NCBI GenBank assembly: GCA_030599585.1
Contig: JAUVNS010000006.1
Span: 236,430-300,429, forward strand
Source of the DNA: Promethearchaeota archaeon
Lineage (GTDB): Archaea > Asgardarchaeota > Lokiarchaeia > Sigyniarchaeales > SOKP01
Direction of reading: 5' to 3'
DNA length: 64,000 bases
Position 1 is the first letter of the stretch, and the number at the start of each line of letters is the position of its first letter. The position numbers and the translations under genes are program-made. This document shows, one piece after another, positions 21,665 through 33,168 of this stretch. A model generated the notes under the pieces. It had not been told where the DNA came from, ran no database searches, and saw nothing but the letters and a program-made list of their open reading frames with translations.

Positions 21665-22504
21665 TTATTCCTTTAGGTATTTGAATATAACATCTAAGTC
21701 GTTTAATCTGTCAATGGGTTTAAAAATAATATCATCTGCTCCTGTCTCTGTTAAAATTTCCTCCTTTTCTTTTTCTGAAAAGGCAGCGGATATTAAAATT
21801 ATTGGAATTGAATTGTACTGAATGCTTGATTTTAGCATTTGGCAGAATTTGTCTCCATTTATATTGCTGGTTTTTAAATTTATGTCAAGTAATATTGCTT
21901 CAGGAGTTAAAGTCTTCAGTACGTACAAGGCTTCGTCAGAAGTCTCCAGTGATTTAATATCTACGCCCTTTGCTTTAAAGAAATGATCAACGGTTCGACG
22001 CTCTAATTCATTGTCTTCAATATATAAAAGATCAATTTTTTTTACAAATCTTACTATATTAGGCTCTTCAAAATGTCGCTTCACAGAAATTTCTAAATCT
22101 TCTAGAGCGCTTATTGCATTCAGAATACCCTCTTGGATTTTTTCTTTATCATCAACATAATTATTTAACATTAACAATGATACTTTGAGAGGCGAAATCT
22201 TTTGTTTTAATTCTTCGTGAAAGCTATTTCCAATTTCGTATCCCTTAATTGCCTTTCTGATTAAATTATCAAGTTCGATTTCGTCATAACTTTGAGGATC
22301 GTCATGTGATTTTTTCTGAAATATAGCAATTAGGTAATCAATACAATAATTCACGCAATTTCTTATGATTTTCGCTTGGTTGTTTATCTTATATTCTTCC
22401 ATGAAATCTTTTAATTTGGAGTCAAGATAAGAATCTACATAAGTATACCATTTTATGTCCTTCTTCAATTTACCTGATTTCATATTTTCATAATTATCTG
22501 TCAT
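21665..22504 (-). CDS. Response regulator (C-terminal receiver domain)
   Basis: YIEDN, ILLDINL, IILISA and FKP receiver motifs. Confidence 0.85.
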   Translation of the reverse strand: MTDNYENMKSGKLKKDIKWYTYVDSYLDSKLKDFMEEYKINNQAKIIRNCVNYCIDYLIAIFQKKSHDDPQSYDEIELDNLIRKAIKGYEIGNSFHEELKQKISPLKVSLLMLNNYVDDKEKIQEGILNAISALEDLEISVKRHFEEPNIVRFVKKIDLLYIEDNELERRTVDHFFKAKGVDIKSLETSDEALYVLKTLTPEAILLDINLKTSNINGDKFCQMLKSSIQYNSIPIILISAAFSEKEKEEILTETGADDIIFKPIDRLNDLDVIFKYLKE

Positions 22505-22510
22505 TCAACA

Positions 22511-23251
22511 TCACCTTCTTTTTTTTGCTAACGGAATTAAGATTATGAAATTGCTACCCTTCGTCGAATCTCCATTTATACGATTTTCAACCCAAATGGA
22601 TCCGCCGTATAATTCTATTAATTTAGCAACTAATGATAGCCCGATTCCCATACCTTTAGAATGCCTGCTTTTCATATGAGTTTCTTGGAAGATTATCTCT
22701 TTTCTAGCGTCATCGATACCTATGCCGTTGTCTTTGAACTCGATCTTTACGCAGTTTTCATAGTGAATATCAATCACAGAACATAGTACTTCTATATGGA
22801 CAACTTCATTTTTGTTGTATTTAATAGAATTTATAATTATGTTTTCAAATACTTCACTCAATAGCTCATTTGCCATAGTGTAAAGGTTTTCGTAGTCAGA
22901 GCTAATCCTAATGTCAATATCCTTTTTAGGAAAACTAATACAAGTAAAATTGATCGCATTTTTTAACTCAGTAAATACTTCCACAGGTGCTAAAGGCATT
23001 TCGTATTCTTCTAACTCTGAAAGATTTCTAACATTTCTAATTAACTTCTTACCTCTAGTTAATTGTTTTGCAATCATTTGAAAATACTCCGAGAGATCCT
23101 TCATTTTTATTTCCTCTTTTAGCAGCGATTCACAGAGCTCTATAGAATTACTGATTATCTGGAATAAATTTGAAATATCGTGTATAAATAACCCTTTAAC
23201 GCATTTGCTTCTGAAATACGCATCCTGATAAACATTTTCTACATCTTGCAT
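22511..23251 (-). CDS. Soluble histidine kinase lacking a sensor domain
   Basis: HDISN H-box, NIIINSIKY N-box, DNGIGI and GMGIGL G-boxes. Confidence 0.88.
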   Translation of the reverse strand: MQDVENVYQDAYFRSKCVKGLFIHDISNLFQIISNSIELCESLLKEEIKMKDLSEYFQMIAKQLTRGKKLIRNVRNLSELEEYEMPLAPVEVFTELKNAINFTCISFPKKDIDIRISSDYENLYTMANELLSEVFENIIINSIKYNKNEVVHIEVLCSVIDIHYENCVKIEFKDNGIGIDDARKEIIFQETHMKSRHSKGMGIGLSLVAKLIELYGGSIWVENRINGDSTKGSNFIILIPLAKKRR

Positions 23252-23436
23252 AATTTTTCTACTTTTCTTTTTGAATTGTGTGTTATTTTAAAGTAGAATA
23301 AGGTTCGTTTAATAGTTTTTATTGCGAAACTTAGCACAAAGTTCGAATATTATTCTAAGTAAGGAATAATTTAAATAGTTTCAAAACCATATTATTATTA
23401 ATGGATACAACTTGCTCGAGCAAAATGAGATAAATT

Positions 23437-25911
23437 GTGACTGTAATTAATTATCCTCCCGAAGAGTTTTATAAGGATATTAAATTTGGAAAGAAAGATT
23501 TTGAGCATATTATTCTTTGGATGCTCGCCAATAATGAAATGTCTCAATGGTCTGACTTTAAGCAAGATCCACTCAGTTTTAAAGAGTCTACGCTTTCTAA
23601 ATATTTAAATATGTTACAAAGTAAGGATTTCGTAGAAAAGTTTGTCCGAGGTAAATACAGGATAACAAGAGAAGGGCGCAAAAGATATCATGAGATATCA
23701 AGTACTCTTGGTGTGAAAAAAAAAAAAAACTATCCACCTGATATTATCACTAGAAGAAGAAACTACGAGGATTGGATTCTTTGGATGGTATATAATAATA
23801 AATTTTGCAGGTGGTCACATTTTCTTGAACCTCCACTATCTATTAATCAATCATCGTTATCAAAAAAGATGAATCTCTTATTAAATAAAGAATTCGTTGT
23901 AAAGAAGAATAGAGAGTATAGTATAACTAATTCAGGTAAACTTCAATATTCTAAAATGCTGCAAACCTACGATTTAGATAGACAGTCAATATTAAACGAA
24001 GAAAGTAAAAGAATTGACGAGATTACAAGATCGACAATAAAGTTTTTTGATGATTATAATGTAGAGGACGAAAATATTCAATTCAGGTATCTCACAACCA
24101 TTTTAAAACTCGATTATGATAGAGTTAAGTCAATGTTAACAAACCAAACGGATTTTGAGAAAATAGTACTTTACATATCTATTAACCATCCTGATCAATA
24201 CCCCGATTATATCTCACTTAAAGATTTTGCGGACATATATGAAATTAAACAACCAAAACTGGAGTATTTTGTTGATGAAATTGTGGAGAGTCACATCTAT
24301 CCTATCAAATTTTTTACATTGAAACCATCATCAGAGTCTACTTATTATTTTCAAGAAAATGGGAAGGTAGAATCGATGTTACGGACTATCACTGAGAACC
24401 ACATTACAAAATTTACTTATCTAAACAGGTTATTTTCAAGCGCTTTCGACGCCTTCTCTATCGAAAAAGCTGTTTTAGAAGAAATTTGTGGATATTTTTT
24501 TGACACTGCCCTAAGAGATTCGTTAAGAAAATTCTTACCTATCTACATTAATTATCTCGCCTATAAAATTGAAGCAAAAGTTGAATTGAAAGAAACTTAC
24601 GATAAATTAGATGCGATTATATGGCAAAATATGATAGACATTTTTCAAACAAGAAGTCATAAAGATTTAGAATATCAATTCATGGGTCAAAGCGAAATAA
24701 ATTATCAGTTAGATACAGTATTATTAGAATTACTTAAACCATATTACAGAGAGAAATTGGAGTCCCATGATAAGGTATGTCAACATCTAATAGACAACAA
24801 AGAATATAATAAGGCTCTAAAGAGTATAGAAAACACTATAGAGTCAAATAAAAATGATAGGGTTTTAACAATCGTTAAAGCGATCGTTCTATGTTATTTA
24901 AATAGAGATGAAGATGTGCTGGCATTGTTAAATGGGGAGTTAAAATTACCACATAATAAAGATCGAATCTTACCTCTTGCCTATTTCATTACTGTTTTTT
25001 CAAGCCTAACTATTGGAGATTTCAACCGCGCGATAAAACTAGCAAATAAAAGTGTAGAAACTTATCCAGAACATGCTCTTTCACATGTCACAAGAGGATT
25101 AGCGTTTGCATACAACTTCATTTACAAGTTTGAGGACGAAAAAGCAAAGCAAGATTATGGGTTAAACGATATTGATAAGGCAATCGCTTTAGAGACCTTC
25201 AGCCCTAATAAAGCATTACTATTTATGTTAAAAAGCCGGATATTACTTGAATTAAACAAATATGAAGAATCAATTGAATTATTAGATAAGGCAATCAGTA
25301 TTGTACCAACTAAAGTTGAATTATATCTCTCCAAGAGTGCTGTCCTCATGTATTTCAACGAGTATCCAAAATTATTGGATTTACTAGATGACATGCTTAG
25401 AAAATTTCCAAATATTGAAAAGAATCTTAAAATGAAAAAAGCGTCTGTTTATAAACTGCTAGGAAACCTAGACGCAGGGTTCAAAATTGTTGACGGATTA
25501 CTCGAAAAAAATCCTAATGATAAAGAGTTACGCAATTTCAAAGCTTACTGGTATCAATATCTAAACAAAAAGGATGAAGCTTTAAATACTATAGAGGAAC
25601 TTATTGAGTCCGAGCAAGATAACGGGGAATATTACGACTCATACGGTGAAATTTTAATGAATTACGAGGAATATGAAAAAGCGGTGGAACAATTTCAAAA
25701 AGCAATTGATCTGAGTAGTAGTGGAAGGTTTTTATACCAGACTTACATTAAACTGGGTATCTGCTTTAAAGAACTCGAGAATTACGAATTAGCAATTGAA
25801 TATCTAAAGAAAGGAAAAGAGTTTACATATAAGAGTATCAGTGATCATGAAATAAAACAAAAGTGGATAATCATAGCAGATATTTTTATAACAGAGATGG
25901 AAAGCATCTAA
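23437..25911 (+). CDS. Tandem wHTH plus TPR-repeat protein
   Basis: Two repeats of ILWM..N...WS.F...PLS...S.LS...Y.IT..G, followed by C-terminal TPRs. Confidence 0.8.
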   Translation: MTVINYPPEEFYKDIKFGKKDFEHIILWMLANNEMSQWSDFKQDPLSFKESTLSKYLNMLQSKDFVEKFVRGKYRITREGRKRYHEISSTLGVKKKKNYPPDIITRRRNYEDWILWMVYNNKFCRWSHFLEPPLSINQSSLSKKMNLLLNKEFVVKKNREYSITNSGKLQYSKMLQTYDLDRQSILNEESKRIDEITRSTIKFFDDYNVEDENIQFRYLTTILKLDYDRVKSMLTNQTDFEKIVLYISINHPDQYPDYISLKDFADIYEIKQPKLEYFVDEIVESHIYPIKFFTLKPSSESTYYFQENGKVESMLRTITENHITKFTYLNRLFSSAFDAFSIEKAVLEEICGYFFDTALRDSLRKFLPIYINYLAYKIEAKVELKETYDKLDAIIWQNMIDIFQTRSHKDLEYQFMGQSEINYQLDTVLLELLKPYYREKLESHDKVCQHLIDNKEYNKALKSIENTIESNKNDRVLTIVKAIVLCYLNRDEDVLALLNGELKLPHNKDRILPLAYFITVFSSLTIGDFNRAIKLANKSVETYPEHALSHVTRGLAFAYNFIYKFEDEKAKQDYGLNDIDKAIALETFSPNKALLFMLKSRILLELNKYEESIELLDKAISIVPTKVELYLSKSAVLMYFNEYPKLLDLLDDMLRKFPNIEKNLKMKKASVYKLLGNLDAGFKIVDGLLEKNPNDKELRNFKAYWYQYLNKKDEALNTIEELIESEQDNGEYYDSYGEILMNYEEYEKAVEQFQKAIDLSSSGRFLYQTYIKLGICFKELENYELAIEYLKKGKEFTYKSISDHEIKQKWIIIADIFITEMESI

Positions 25912-25976
25912 TTCTAAAGTTTTATATAAAGAGACATTTACATATATATACTAAGACATAAATAAAGTTAAAATAT

Positions 25977-26525
25977 GTGAAGTTCAGTTTGGAAGAAGAA
26001 TCTGCAAAGAAAAAGCTGAAGATTAAAGTTACCGTTATAGGAGACGGAGGTGTTGGGAAAACTTCCTTAATTCAAAAATTCACGCAAGGTATCTTCAAAA
26101 CTGATTATATTAAAACTATAGGAGCACAACTCACTCATTATGAAACGGAAATTGATGGATATAAGATTGAATTAATGTTCTGGGACATAGCAGGGCAAGA
26201 CAATTTCCATTTTTTACGCCCTTCTTTTTACAGATATAGTAAAGCAGCGATTATTGTGTATAGTCTAGAAGAAAATAATTTAGGTGAACGCAGTTTTGAC
26301 CACATAGAATCGTGGTATAAAGATGTCAAACAATATTGCGGAGAGATTCCTGCTGTGGTTTTTGCCAACAAAGTTGACTTGATTAACGAAAAAAGTCTAG
26401 ATAAGATAAAGATTCAAAATCTTGTAAAGGAACATAATTTCCTTGGTTATTATATTACCTCTGCCAAAACAGGGCAGGGACTTGACCAAGCTTTTAACGT
26501 TTTAGGTAAAGAAATACTAAGATAA
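25977..26525 (+). CDS. Rab-like small GTPase
   Basis: Intact GDGGVGKT, WDIAGQ, NKVD and SAK motifs. Confidence 0.93.
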   Translation: MKFSLEEESAKKKLKIKVTVIGDGGVGKTSLIQKFTQGIFKTDYIKTIGAQLTHYETEIDGYKIELMFWDIAGQDNFHFLRPSFYRYSKAAIIVYSLEENNLGERSFDHIESWYKDVKQYCGEIPAVVFANKVDLINEKSLDKIKIQNLVKEHNFLGYYITSAKTGQGLDQAFNVLGKEILR

Positions 26526-26783
26526 CTAAATCGGCTTTTTCTTATTTTAAAATTTTAGATATCAATTTTACCGACGACGTAGATATAAAAAATTACCTCT
26601 TTCTTGGATATTTTCAACCAATTTGAACAATTTTTGCTAGCCCCAACTATATTTCTACCGGTAAAAATTAGATCTTACCAGTAAGTTTCAGTATAATGTT
26701 TATATTCAATATTCTACAAAGGTGATTTAACCATTATCAATAATTAAATTGATAATGAAATTTGAGAGAAAAAAAGAAGGCGA

Positions 26784-28184
26784 ATGAAAATGTCTAAAAA
26801 AGTACTAAAAATGAGTTTACTACTGGTAGCACTATCACTATCGATCATCATTCCTATATTCGCAGTATCTGTAAGCGCGAAGAAAGAAGGATATACCAGC
26901 GGTCCTGTATACATCAACGACGCCCTTCCTTGGGCTTCTTGGGAATATTGGAGCGCGCAACCGTGGTTAGAGGGTTCTGGTACCGAAGAGGCCCCCTATG
27001 TGATTAAGGATTTAGTCATTGATGTGAGTGGATCTCAATTTGCCATGATGATTCAAGATTCAAACGCGCATTTTAAAATAATGAAAAGCACTTTTAGTAA
27101 CGGTGGTATTGAAGGAGAAAGAACTGCAGGACTCGTATTAGTTAACACGCAAAACGGTGTAATCTTTAAAAACACCTTTGTTAATAACGTTGGAGCGGGA
27201 ATTGCCGTAATTGGTTGCTTAAACGTCAAGGTTCAAAAGAACCTTTGTAGCGAAAATGGCGTTGGAATTTACATTGAATGGGGTATGTATACTTCCATTA
27301 AACAAAACGACTGCAACAACAACTTTGATTCGGGGATCGTTATAGCGTCAGCCCATAAAAATATAATAGAGAAGAATGACTGCTATGGAAACGCTGGAGC
27401 TGGTATTTCCTTAATAAATGTGGGTGAACCAGAACATTCTCCCAAGGATAACATCATTTACGCAAATACTATTGAAAATAATAACGCAGGGGTTTATTCA
27501 GATGACGCAGACATAAATGACATCTTAAGAAACACGATTGCGGGCAACTTCTATGGAATCTTGTTTGGTTCTGGATCAGAAGGAAATACAGTTTACCATA
27601 ACAATATTATAGATAATATTGTCCAGAAAGTTGATTTTCAACCGTGGATGAACAATTGGCATCACCCTTACATGAATGAAGGAAATTTCTGGTCAGACTA
27701 CACAGGAATGGATGAAGATGAGGACGGTATAGGAGATATTCCGCATGGACAGGATGTATATCCGATCATGGAAAAGAATTCTTGGGAATATCGGACTCCT
27801 ATTGAGGAAGAGATTTTTAGTGGCCCTTCAAATCGTTTAGGAGCAGATCGCATCGTACGTGCTAACGAAACTAGTTACATCTTTTATGGAGTCATGCAAT
27901 TATTTTCAGAAAGAGTCAATGGAGAAGCTTATCCTCCCTACTCAGTTACAGCATGGTTCTATGGAGTAGAAGTTGTTCTCGAAGATTCTGTTTGGGAATT
28001 TCGAGAGGAAACCAACTACGACGAGCCCGGATTGGTGCAATTGCTATACATGAAAATACCTCCATATTATCTACTCGAAGCGGGACTTACCTACGGATAC
28101 CACGAATACTACGTAGAAATAAGCTGGTACAATTCCGGGGAATTGATAGTTTTTGGCTTTACTACTGGTTTTACCTTAATTTAA
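26784..28184 (+). CDS. Secreted right-handed beta-helix (NosD/CASH) protein
   Basis: Signal peptide, GSGTEEAPYVI, parallel beta-helix repeats, GNFWSDY..D.D.DGIGD. Confidence 0.85.
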   Translation: MKMSKKVLKMSLLLVALSLSIIIPIFAVSVSAKKEGYTSGPVYINDALPWASWEYWSAQPWLEGSGTEEAPYVIKDLVIDVSGSQFAMMIQDSNAHFKIMKSTFSNGGIEGERTAGLVLVNTQNGVIFKNTFVNNVGAGIAVIGCLNVKVQKNLCSENGVGIYIEWGMYTSIKQNDCNNNFDSGIVIASAHKNIIEKNDCYGNAGAGISLINVGEPEHSPKDNIIYANTIENNNAGVYSDDADINDILRNTIAGNFYGILFGSGSEGNTVYHNNIIDNIVQKVDFQPWMNNWHHPYMNEGNFWSDYTGMDEDEDGIGDIPHGQDVYPIMEKNSWEYRTPIEEEIFSGPSNRLGADRIVRANETSYIFYGVMQLFSERVNGEAYPPYSVTAWFYGVEVVLEDSVWEFREETNYDEPGLVQLLYMKIPPYYLLEAGLTYGYHEYYVEISWYNSGELIVFGFTTGFTLI

Positions 28185-28475
28185 TAACGGTCTTTACGAC
28201 CTATTTTTTTTTTTATTTTTGATTTTGATACTTTAGTGGTAGTTCAAGCGGTATTTTGTGTCAATCTTAAAATGAGTTAAACAATGATACTTTTGCTGAT
28301 TTAAGGTAAAATTAACTACTTAAGAGCACTGATAATTTCAATTAAATGGTTAAAATCCATTCGTAAAGTGATAATGGCCCGAGAAACCAATGTTTCATAA
28401 AAAATTATAAGATAATGAAATGAAGTCAAAATGAACAGATACGGTATTTAATTTAAGACTATTTAATTTATAAGA

Positions 28476-29183
28476 TCAATAACCAACATAGTTTTCAGTT
28501 TTTACTTTTCCTTCGGGTATATTGAGCACTGAGGTTAGAATAGTCTTAATTGATTTAACCATAACGGGTGGCCCAGAAATAAACCAAATTCTGTCTGTTA
28601 AATCCAGAACTGATGATGAAATAAATTCAGCGTTAATAAATCCTTTTGGACCGTCCCAACCCTCTTCTGGATCAGAGAGAATATGATATATTTTAAAACT
28701 ATCTACTGAAATATGTTCTAACTCGTCCTTAAACGCTATATTAGTGGAGTCCCTATTACCATAGAGCAATATTACATCGACGCGAGAGTGAGAGTCTAAA
28801 ACCCATTTTATATTTGATCTGGCGGCCGTAATTCCTATTCCTCCACACACAAATACTATTTTTTTCATTTCTTCAGCTATAGTAAATTGCCCTGAAACTG
28901 TTGCTATCTTTACAGCCGTTCCAATTGTTAATTGATTTAATCTAATTTTGAAAGGACTATCACGGATACGAGTTGTGAATTCAATAAAGGGTTCAGAAGG
29001 AGAACTAGAGAACGAAAAATGGTGCATTATGCTCCCTTCAACTTCAGCGGGGATATATACAAAGAAGAACTGTCCCGGGAGATATTTAAAACCTTCAGGG
29101 GGATCAAATCTAAAACTCGTAATTTCAGAAGTTCTTTCGATTTTATCTGTTAATTTAACATTCCATTCCGGCATTTTTATCAA
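28476..29183 (-). CDS. Ferredoxin-NADP reductase-type FAD/NAD(P) oxidoreductase
   Basis: PGQF, FSFSSSP, GGIGIT and SGPP motifs. Confidence 0.88.
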   Translation of the reverse strand: MIKMPEWNVKLTDKIERTSEITSFRFDPPEGFKYLPGQFFFVYIPAEVEGSIMHHFSFSSSPSEPFIEFTTRIRDSPFKIRLNQLTIGTAVKIATVSGQFTIAEEMKKIVFVCGGIGITAARSNIKWVLDSHSRVDVILLYGNRDSTNIAFKDELEHISVDSFKIYHILSDPEEGWDGPKGFINAEFISSSVLDLTDRIWFISGPPVMVKSIKTILTSVLNIPEGKVKTENYVGY

Positions 29184-29370
29184 ATAGGATTAATTCAATT
29201 CAAAAAAAACATTAAAATTACATTTATTATTGATAATTTGTTCTCCGAATATAGTTATATCTCTTCTGATTCATAAAATCAATCTTTAAAACATGAATCT
29301 ATTCTCATTATATCCAACTAGTCTCTTCCTTCTTTAAATCAAGACTAAAAAGTTAAAAAAAAAGGATTAA

Positions 29371-29793
29371 CTATTGTTCTTCAGAGTAGTTTATTTGCCA
29401 TCCGACTCCAAACGAGTCCTCAAACATCATATACCACGAACCCCAGAATCTTTTTTCAAAAGGCATAATTATAGTAAACTTCTTTTTCTGAACTTTTTCG
29501 TTTATTTTCTCTATTTCTTCTTTCGAATCCGTATTTATCAATACTTGTACGTTTCCAGAACCGGATTTTTGCATAGGATTATCAGATAACATTATGTTAG
29601 AGCCTCCTATATCAAGCACAGCGTGCATTGTTGAATTCTCATAGTCGAAATCGTCTGGAAAACCGAAGGAATCACCACCCATTTCCTTTGAAAACGGCAT
29701 ATGATTCACAACTTTAGCTCCAAATAAATCTTTGTATAACTCTATCGCTTCTTTACCATTTTTAACCATTAAATATGGATTAATTTTTACCAT
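29371..29793 (-). CDS. VOC/PhnB family protein
   Basis: INPYL, MHAVL and FWG...D.FGVGW motifs. Confidence 0.9.
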   Translation of the reverse strand: MVKINPYLMVKNGKEAIELYKDLFGAKVVNHMPFSKEMGGDSFGFPDDFDYENSTMHAVLDIGGSNIMLSDNPMQKSGSGNVQVLINTDSKEEIEKINEKVQKKKFTIIMPFEKRFWGSWYMMFEDSFGVGWQINYSEEQ

Positions 29794-29979
29794 TTTTTCA
29801 CCTTTATCGTGTTAGATTTTAGTATTTGTTAGCAGTTTATTCGAAGTAATAAATCAATTCTCTATAAATTCTAGATATTGAAATAGATGTCATTCAAATT
29901 TATAATTGAAATTAAAAGTAAAATTATAAATAATGGAAAATGGAAAAAATTAATTCTTAAGAAAAACTTCGTGTGTTTA

Positions 29980-30222
29980 ATGGAAATAAATGTACATGGA
30001 CATGAACTATGGGGCGCTATTGACGAAGTATTAAGCGCTTTAGAAGAATGCAAAATAAAAAACGAAAGGGGAATCAATATCATCCATGGGTATAAGCACG
30101 GACAAGTTCTAAAGAATTACTTTAGATCGAATAAATTTTTAGGAGAAATGACCCGTGAAGGATTCCGATTAAAATTGAAAGACACTTCTGATCCTGCTAT
30201 ATCGTCTTTTGTAATTTTATAG
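29980..30222 (+). CDS. Stand-alone Smr-domain protein
   Basis: From ATG 29980: INVHG...A...IIHGYKHGQVLK, matching the Smr DLHG / IHGxG pattern. Confidence 0.75.
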   Translation: MEINVHGHELWGAIDEVLSALEECKIKNERGINIIHGYKHGQVLKNYFRSNKFLGEMTREGFRLKLKDTSDPAISSFVIL

Positions 30223-30388
30223 TCCCGAATTAATGTTATTGTTATAAATAGAATTGATTTTAATTAAATTAATAAATTTAGTTTAGCAATTAGAGCGGTT
30301 GTCTTCTACAAGCAAATCTTTTTAAGCAAAAACGTTATTTTATACTCTAACTAATAAGAAATCTAAGAGAAGAGAGTAAGGAAAAAAA

Positions 30389-31462
30389 ATGACAATTTTA
30401 GACCGAACAAAAATTCGACCTGCTATTCTCAAAATCTACGATGATGGGTTTAAAGAAATAATGAAATTTATTCTTCAATTTACCGAACTCGAAGAAAATA
30501 AGCAATTTAATTTTCTTAAAATCTATAAGAAAGTTCTGGATTTAAACGAACTTTTCTTTAAAAAAAAAGCTGGAATGGTTGAGCTCCACGATAAATTAAC
30601 TGCTGAGGAAAGGAATTATGTAACAAGATTATTACGGTATGCAATTGAACATTCAGCAATGCAAGATTTAGAAAACGATCCCATTCCGAAGGAAATTGAA
30701 ATCAAACCTATAATGCTTGGTAAAACCCCTGCCGAGTGGATTATACCCTCAGATCCAATCAAAGATCATGTAATTTTACATTTTCACGGGGGTGGATGGA
30801 TTCTCGGTTCTCCTCTAACTTGCCGGAAGTTAAACTCTGTTATATCTAATGCTACAAACTTGAGAATTCTTAGTATTGATTATCGTCTTGCCCCAGAACA
30901 CCCATTTCCCACTCCATTAGAAGACTGTGTTAACGCTTACAAATGGTTGTTGTCAAATGGATTTAAAAATGACCATATAATCATCGCGGGAGAATCTGCT
31001 GGAGGAAATTTAACCCTAGCAACTCTTTTAAAATTAAGAGATTTAGGAATTGGTTTACCTGCTGGAGCAATTTGTCTATCGCCTGCGACAGACTTTACTT
31101 TTGCAGATGATTCCTATTTTAAAAATGCCGAAACCGATCCATCATTGGCAGATGTCGGCTTATTTTGGTGGTATGTCGCCTATCTTGCTGGAGAGGACCC
31201 TCGCAATCCATATATCTCGCCATTGTTTGCAGATTTAAAGGAACTACCTCCAATTTTGATACAAGTAAGCTCATGTGAAATGCTTTATAGTGATGCTACT
31301 CGGTTTGTGGAAAAAGCTAAGAAGGCAGGAACAAACGCAATATTACAAGCATGGGATGAAATGACACATGTGTTTCAAGGAACAAGATATGAACTTCTTC
31401 CGGAAGCTAAAGATGCCATAAGAAAAATAGCTGACTTCACTAACCAACTATTCAAAACCTAA
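30389..31462 (+). CDS. HSL-family esterase/lipase
   Basis: HGGG, DYRLAPEHPFP and GESAGG motifs, catalytic His in HVFQ. Confidence 0.92.
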   Translation: MTILDRTKIRPAILKIYDDGFKEIMKFILQFTELEENKQFNFLKIYKKVLDLNELFFKKKAGMVELHDKLTAEERNYVTRLLRYAIEHSAMQDLENDPIPKEIEIKPIMLGKTPAEWIIPSDPIKDHVILHFHGGGWILGSPLTCRKLNSVISNATNLRILSIDYRLAPEHPFPTPLEDCVNAYKWLLSNGFKNDHIIIAGESAGGNLTLATLLKLRDLGIGLPAGAICLSPATDFTFADDSYFKNAETDPSLADVGLFWWYVAYLAGEDPRNPYISPLFADLKELPPILIQVSSCEMLYSDATRFVEKAKKAGTNAILQAWDEMTHVFQGTRYELLPEAKDAIRKIADFTNQLFKT

Positions 31463-31491
31463 ATCTACAAACTTTTTGTATATATTTTATA

Positions 31492-32268
31492 TTGAATATT
31501 GATTATAATATATTGGTGTATTTTATGAGCCTATGGTATCTTATTTTAATAATTCTAAGTGTAATCATTCTTTTTCTCATAATCTTTGGTCTACCTCGTA
31601 AAAAAAGCACGAGGAGTCCAAATATGGAGGGAATAGATAGTCCGGAGATTGCAAAAGCGTTTGATAAAATGTCGAACATTTTACCATTTAGGATCTTACG
31701 GAAAAAGATTATATCACATATACGTAAATTAAATCCATCCGGAAGGCTTATAGATGCAGGATGTGGCCCAGGATTTTTAATAGTTCAATTAGCAAAGGAA
31801 TTTCCTACTTTGGAGCTTATTGGTGTGGACATTTCTAATGAAATACTGGAACGAGCTAAGATTAGAGCAACTCATCATGAGAAAAAGATTGAATTTAAGG
31901 AAGGTTCTGTTGAAAACCTACCGTTTCCTAATGAATATGCGGATTTTATAATTTCTACTTTTTCACTCCATCATTGGATTAATCCCGATAGGGCTTTTCA
32001 AGAAATATATAGGGTGTTAAAAAAAGAAGGCATAGCGCTAATATTTGATTTTAGACGAGATTCTCGAAGATTCTATTACGGATTCTTAACATTTGTGACT
32101 AAAATCGTCGCTCCTAAAGCATTGAAAAATGTTAACGAACCAATAGGGTCTCTAAAATCTTCTTATACTCCTTTAGAGGTGCAAGAACTCCTCTCCAAAG
32201 AGCAGATCAAAGATATTACTATTAAACCTATGCTTGCCTGGATGTTTCTTCAAATTAATAAGCATTAA
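31492..32268 (+). CDS. Class I SAM-dependent methyltransferase with N-terminal membrane anchor
   Basis: IDAGCGPG, LPFP, SLHHW and EIYRVLK motifs; true start may be ATG 31525. Confidence 0.88.
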   Translation: MNIDYNILVYFMSLWYLILIILSVIILFLIIFGLPRKKSTRSPNMEGIDSPEIAKAFDKMSNILPFRILRKKIISHIRKLNPSGRLIDAGCGPGFLIVQLAKEFPTLELIGVDISNEILERAKIRATHHEKKIEFKEGSVENLPFPNEYADFIISTFSLHHWINPDRAFQEIYRVLKKEGIALIFDFRRDSRRFYYGFLTFVTKIVAPKALKNVNEPIGSLKSSYTPLEVQELLSKEQIKDITIKPMLAWMFLQINKH

Positions 32269-32366
32269 AAAACTCTTTCTATGGTTTAAAAGAAATTAAT
32301 TATCTTGGAAAACTCTACTTATAAAATGAAAAACAATCTTCTCAATTTGGATATATTCCTTAAAAC

Positions 32367-32894
32367 CTATTCTTTTTTAAGATCAATTTTAGGAAGAATT
32401 CCATGGCTAATACAATAATACCCGGGACTGCGTTTTTTTGCAATTTCATTAATTTCAAGTAGTTTTTCCATAGGAGTGGCACTTTCAATAAATAATTCCA
32501 TCTGTAAATCATTAATAGGAGGATTATCAGAAAGACCTAAAGCTTTTGATATATCCATGGTAGCAGTACCTCTGATTTTAAAACTATTTAGTTGGATTCC
32601 TTCCATAGTTGCCCATTTAACAAAAGTAGCAGAATAACACGCCAAAAATCCACTAATGTAATATTGAACCGGATTAGGAGCAGTTCCCCCTCCACCTAAG
32701 ATGATTGTTTCATCTGTTTGAACAAGAATATCTCCTGCCTTCTCAGTTTTCAATTTAATCTCAAATTGGGGTCCAACTTGTTCATCTAATCTCCAAGTGC
32801 CTTCGATCTCTAATTTTTTGATGCTAGTAGAGGGATCCTTTTTAACGTTTTCTATAGTCTCTTTAAACACATCAACATTTAGTCTATTAGTCAT
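32367..32894 (-). CDS. OsmC/Ohr family protein, copy 1 (second Cys replaced by Ser)
   Basis: DE..LGGGGTAPNP...C, and KKRSP. Confidence 0.85.
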   Translation of the reverse strand: MTNRLNVDVFKETIENVKKDPSTSIKKLEIEGTWRLDEQVGPQFEIKLKTEKAGDILVQTDETIILGGGGTAPNPVQYYISGFLACYSATFVKWATMEGIQLNSFKIRGTATMDISKALGLSDNPPINDLQMELFIESATPMEKLLEINEIAKKRSPGYYCISHGILPKIDLKKE

Positions 32895-33168
32895 GTGCGA
32901 ATCACATATTATCTTTATTATTTTAGATTAAAGTAGATTATATCAATCAATATTTAATTCATTCGATAATAAATTATTAAAAATCAACAGAGGAGCAAAA
33001 AAGAAAAAATGAAATTATCATCCCCAAAACTGACACGAAAATTAATGAACAATATTGTTCTCCTTTTCATTTATTAATTCTTATTGATGATAATTCTATA
33101 AAGAGTTAGAATTATACACTCGATATTTTATCTCCAAATCGGAAAATTATATAAAAGGAGTTAGTAAA

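Noticed and set aside
21570-21821. 83-aa lysine-run ORF
   Set aside because: It spans a poly-A tract and overlaps the response regulator in antisense.
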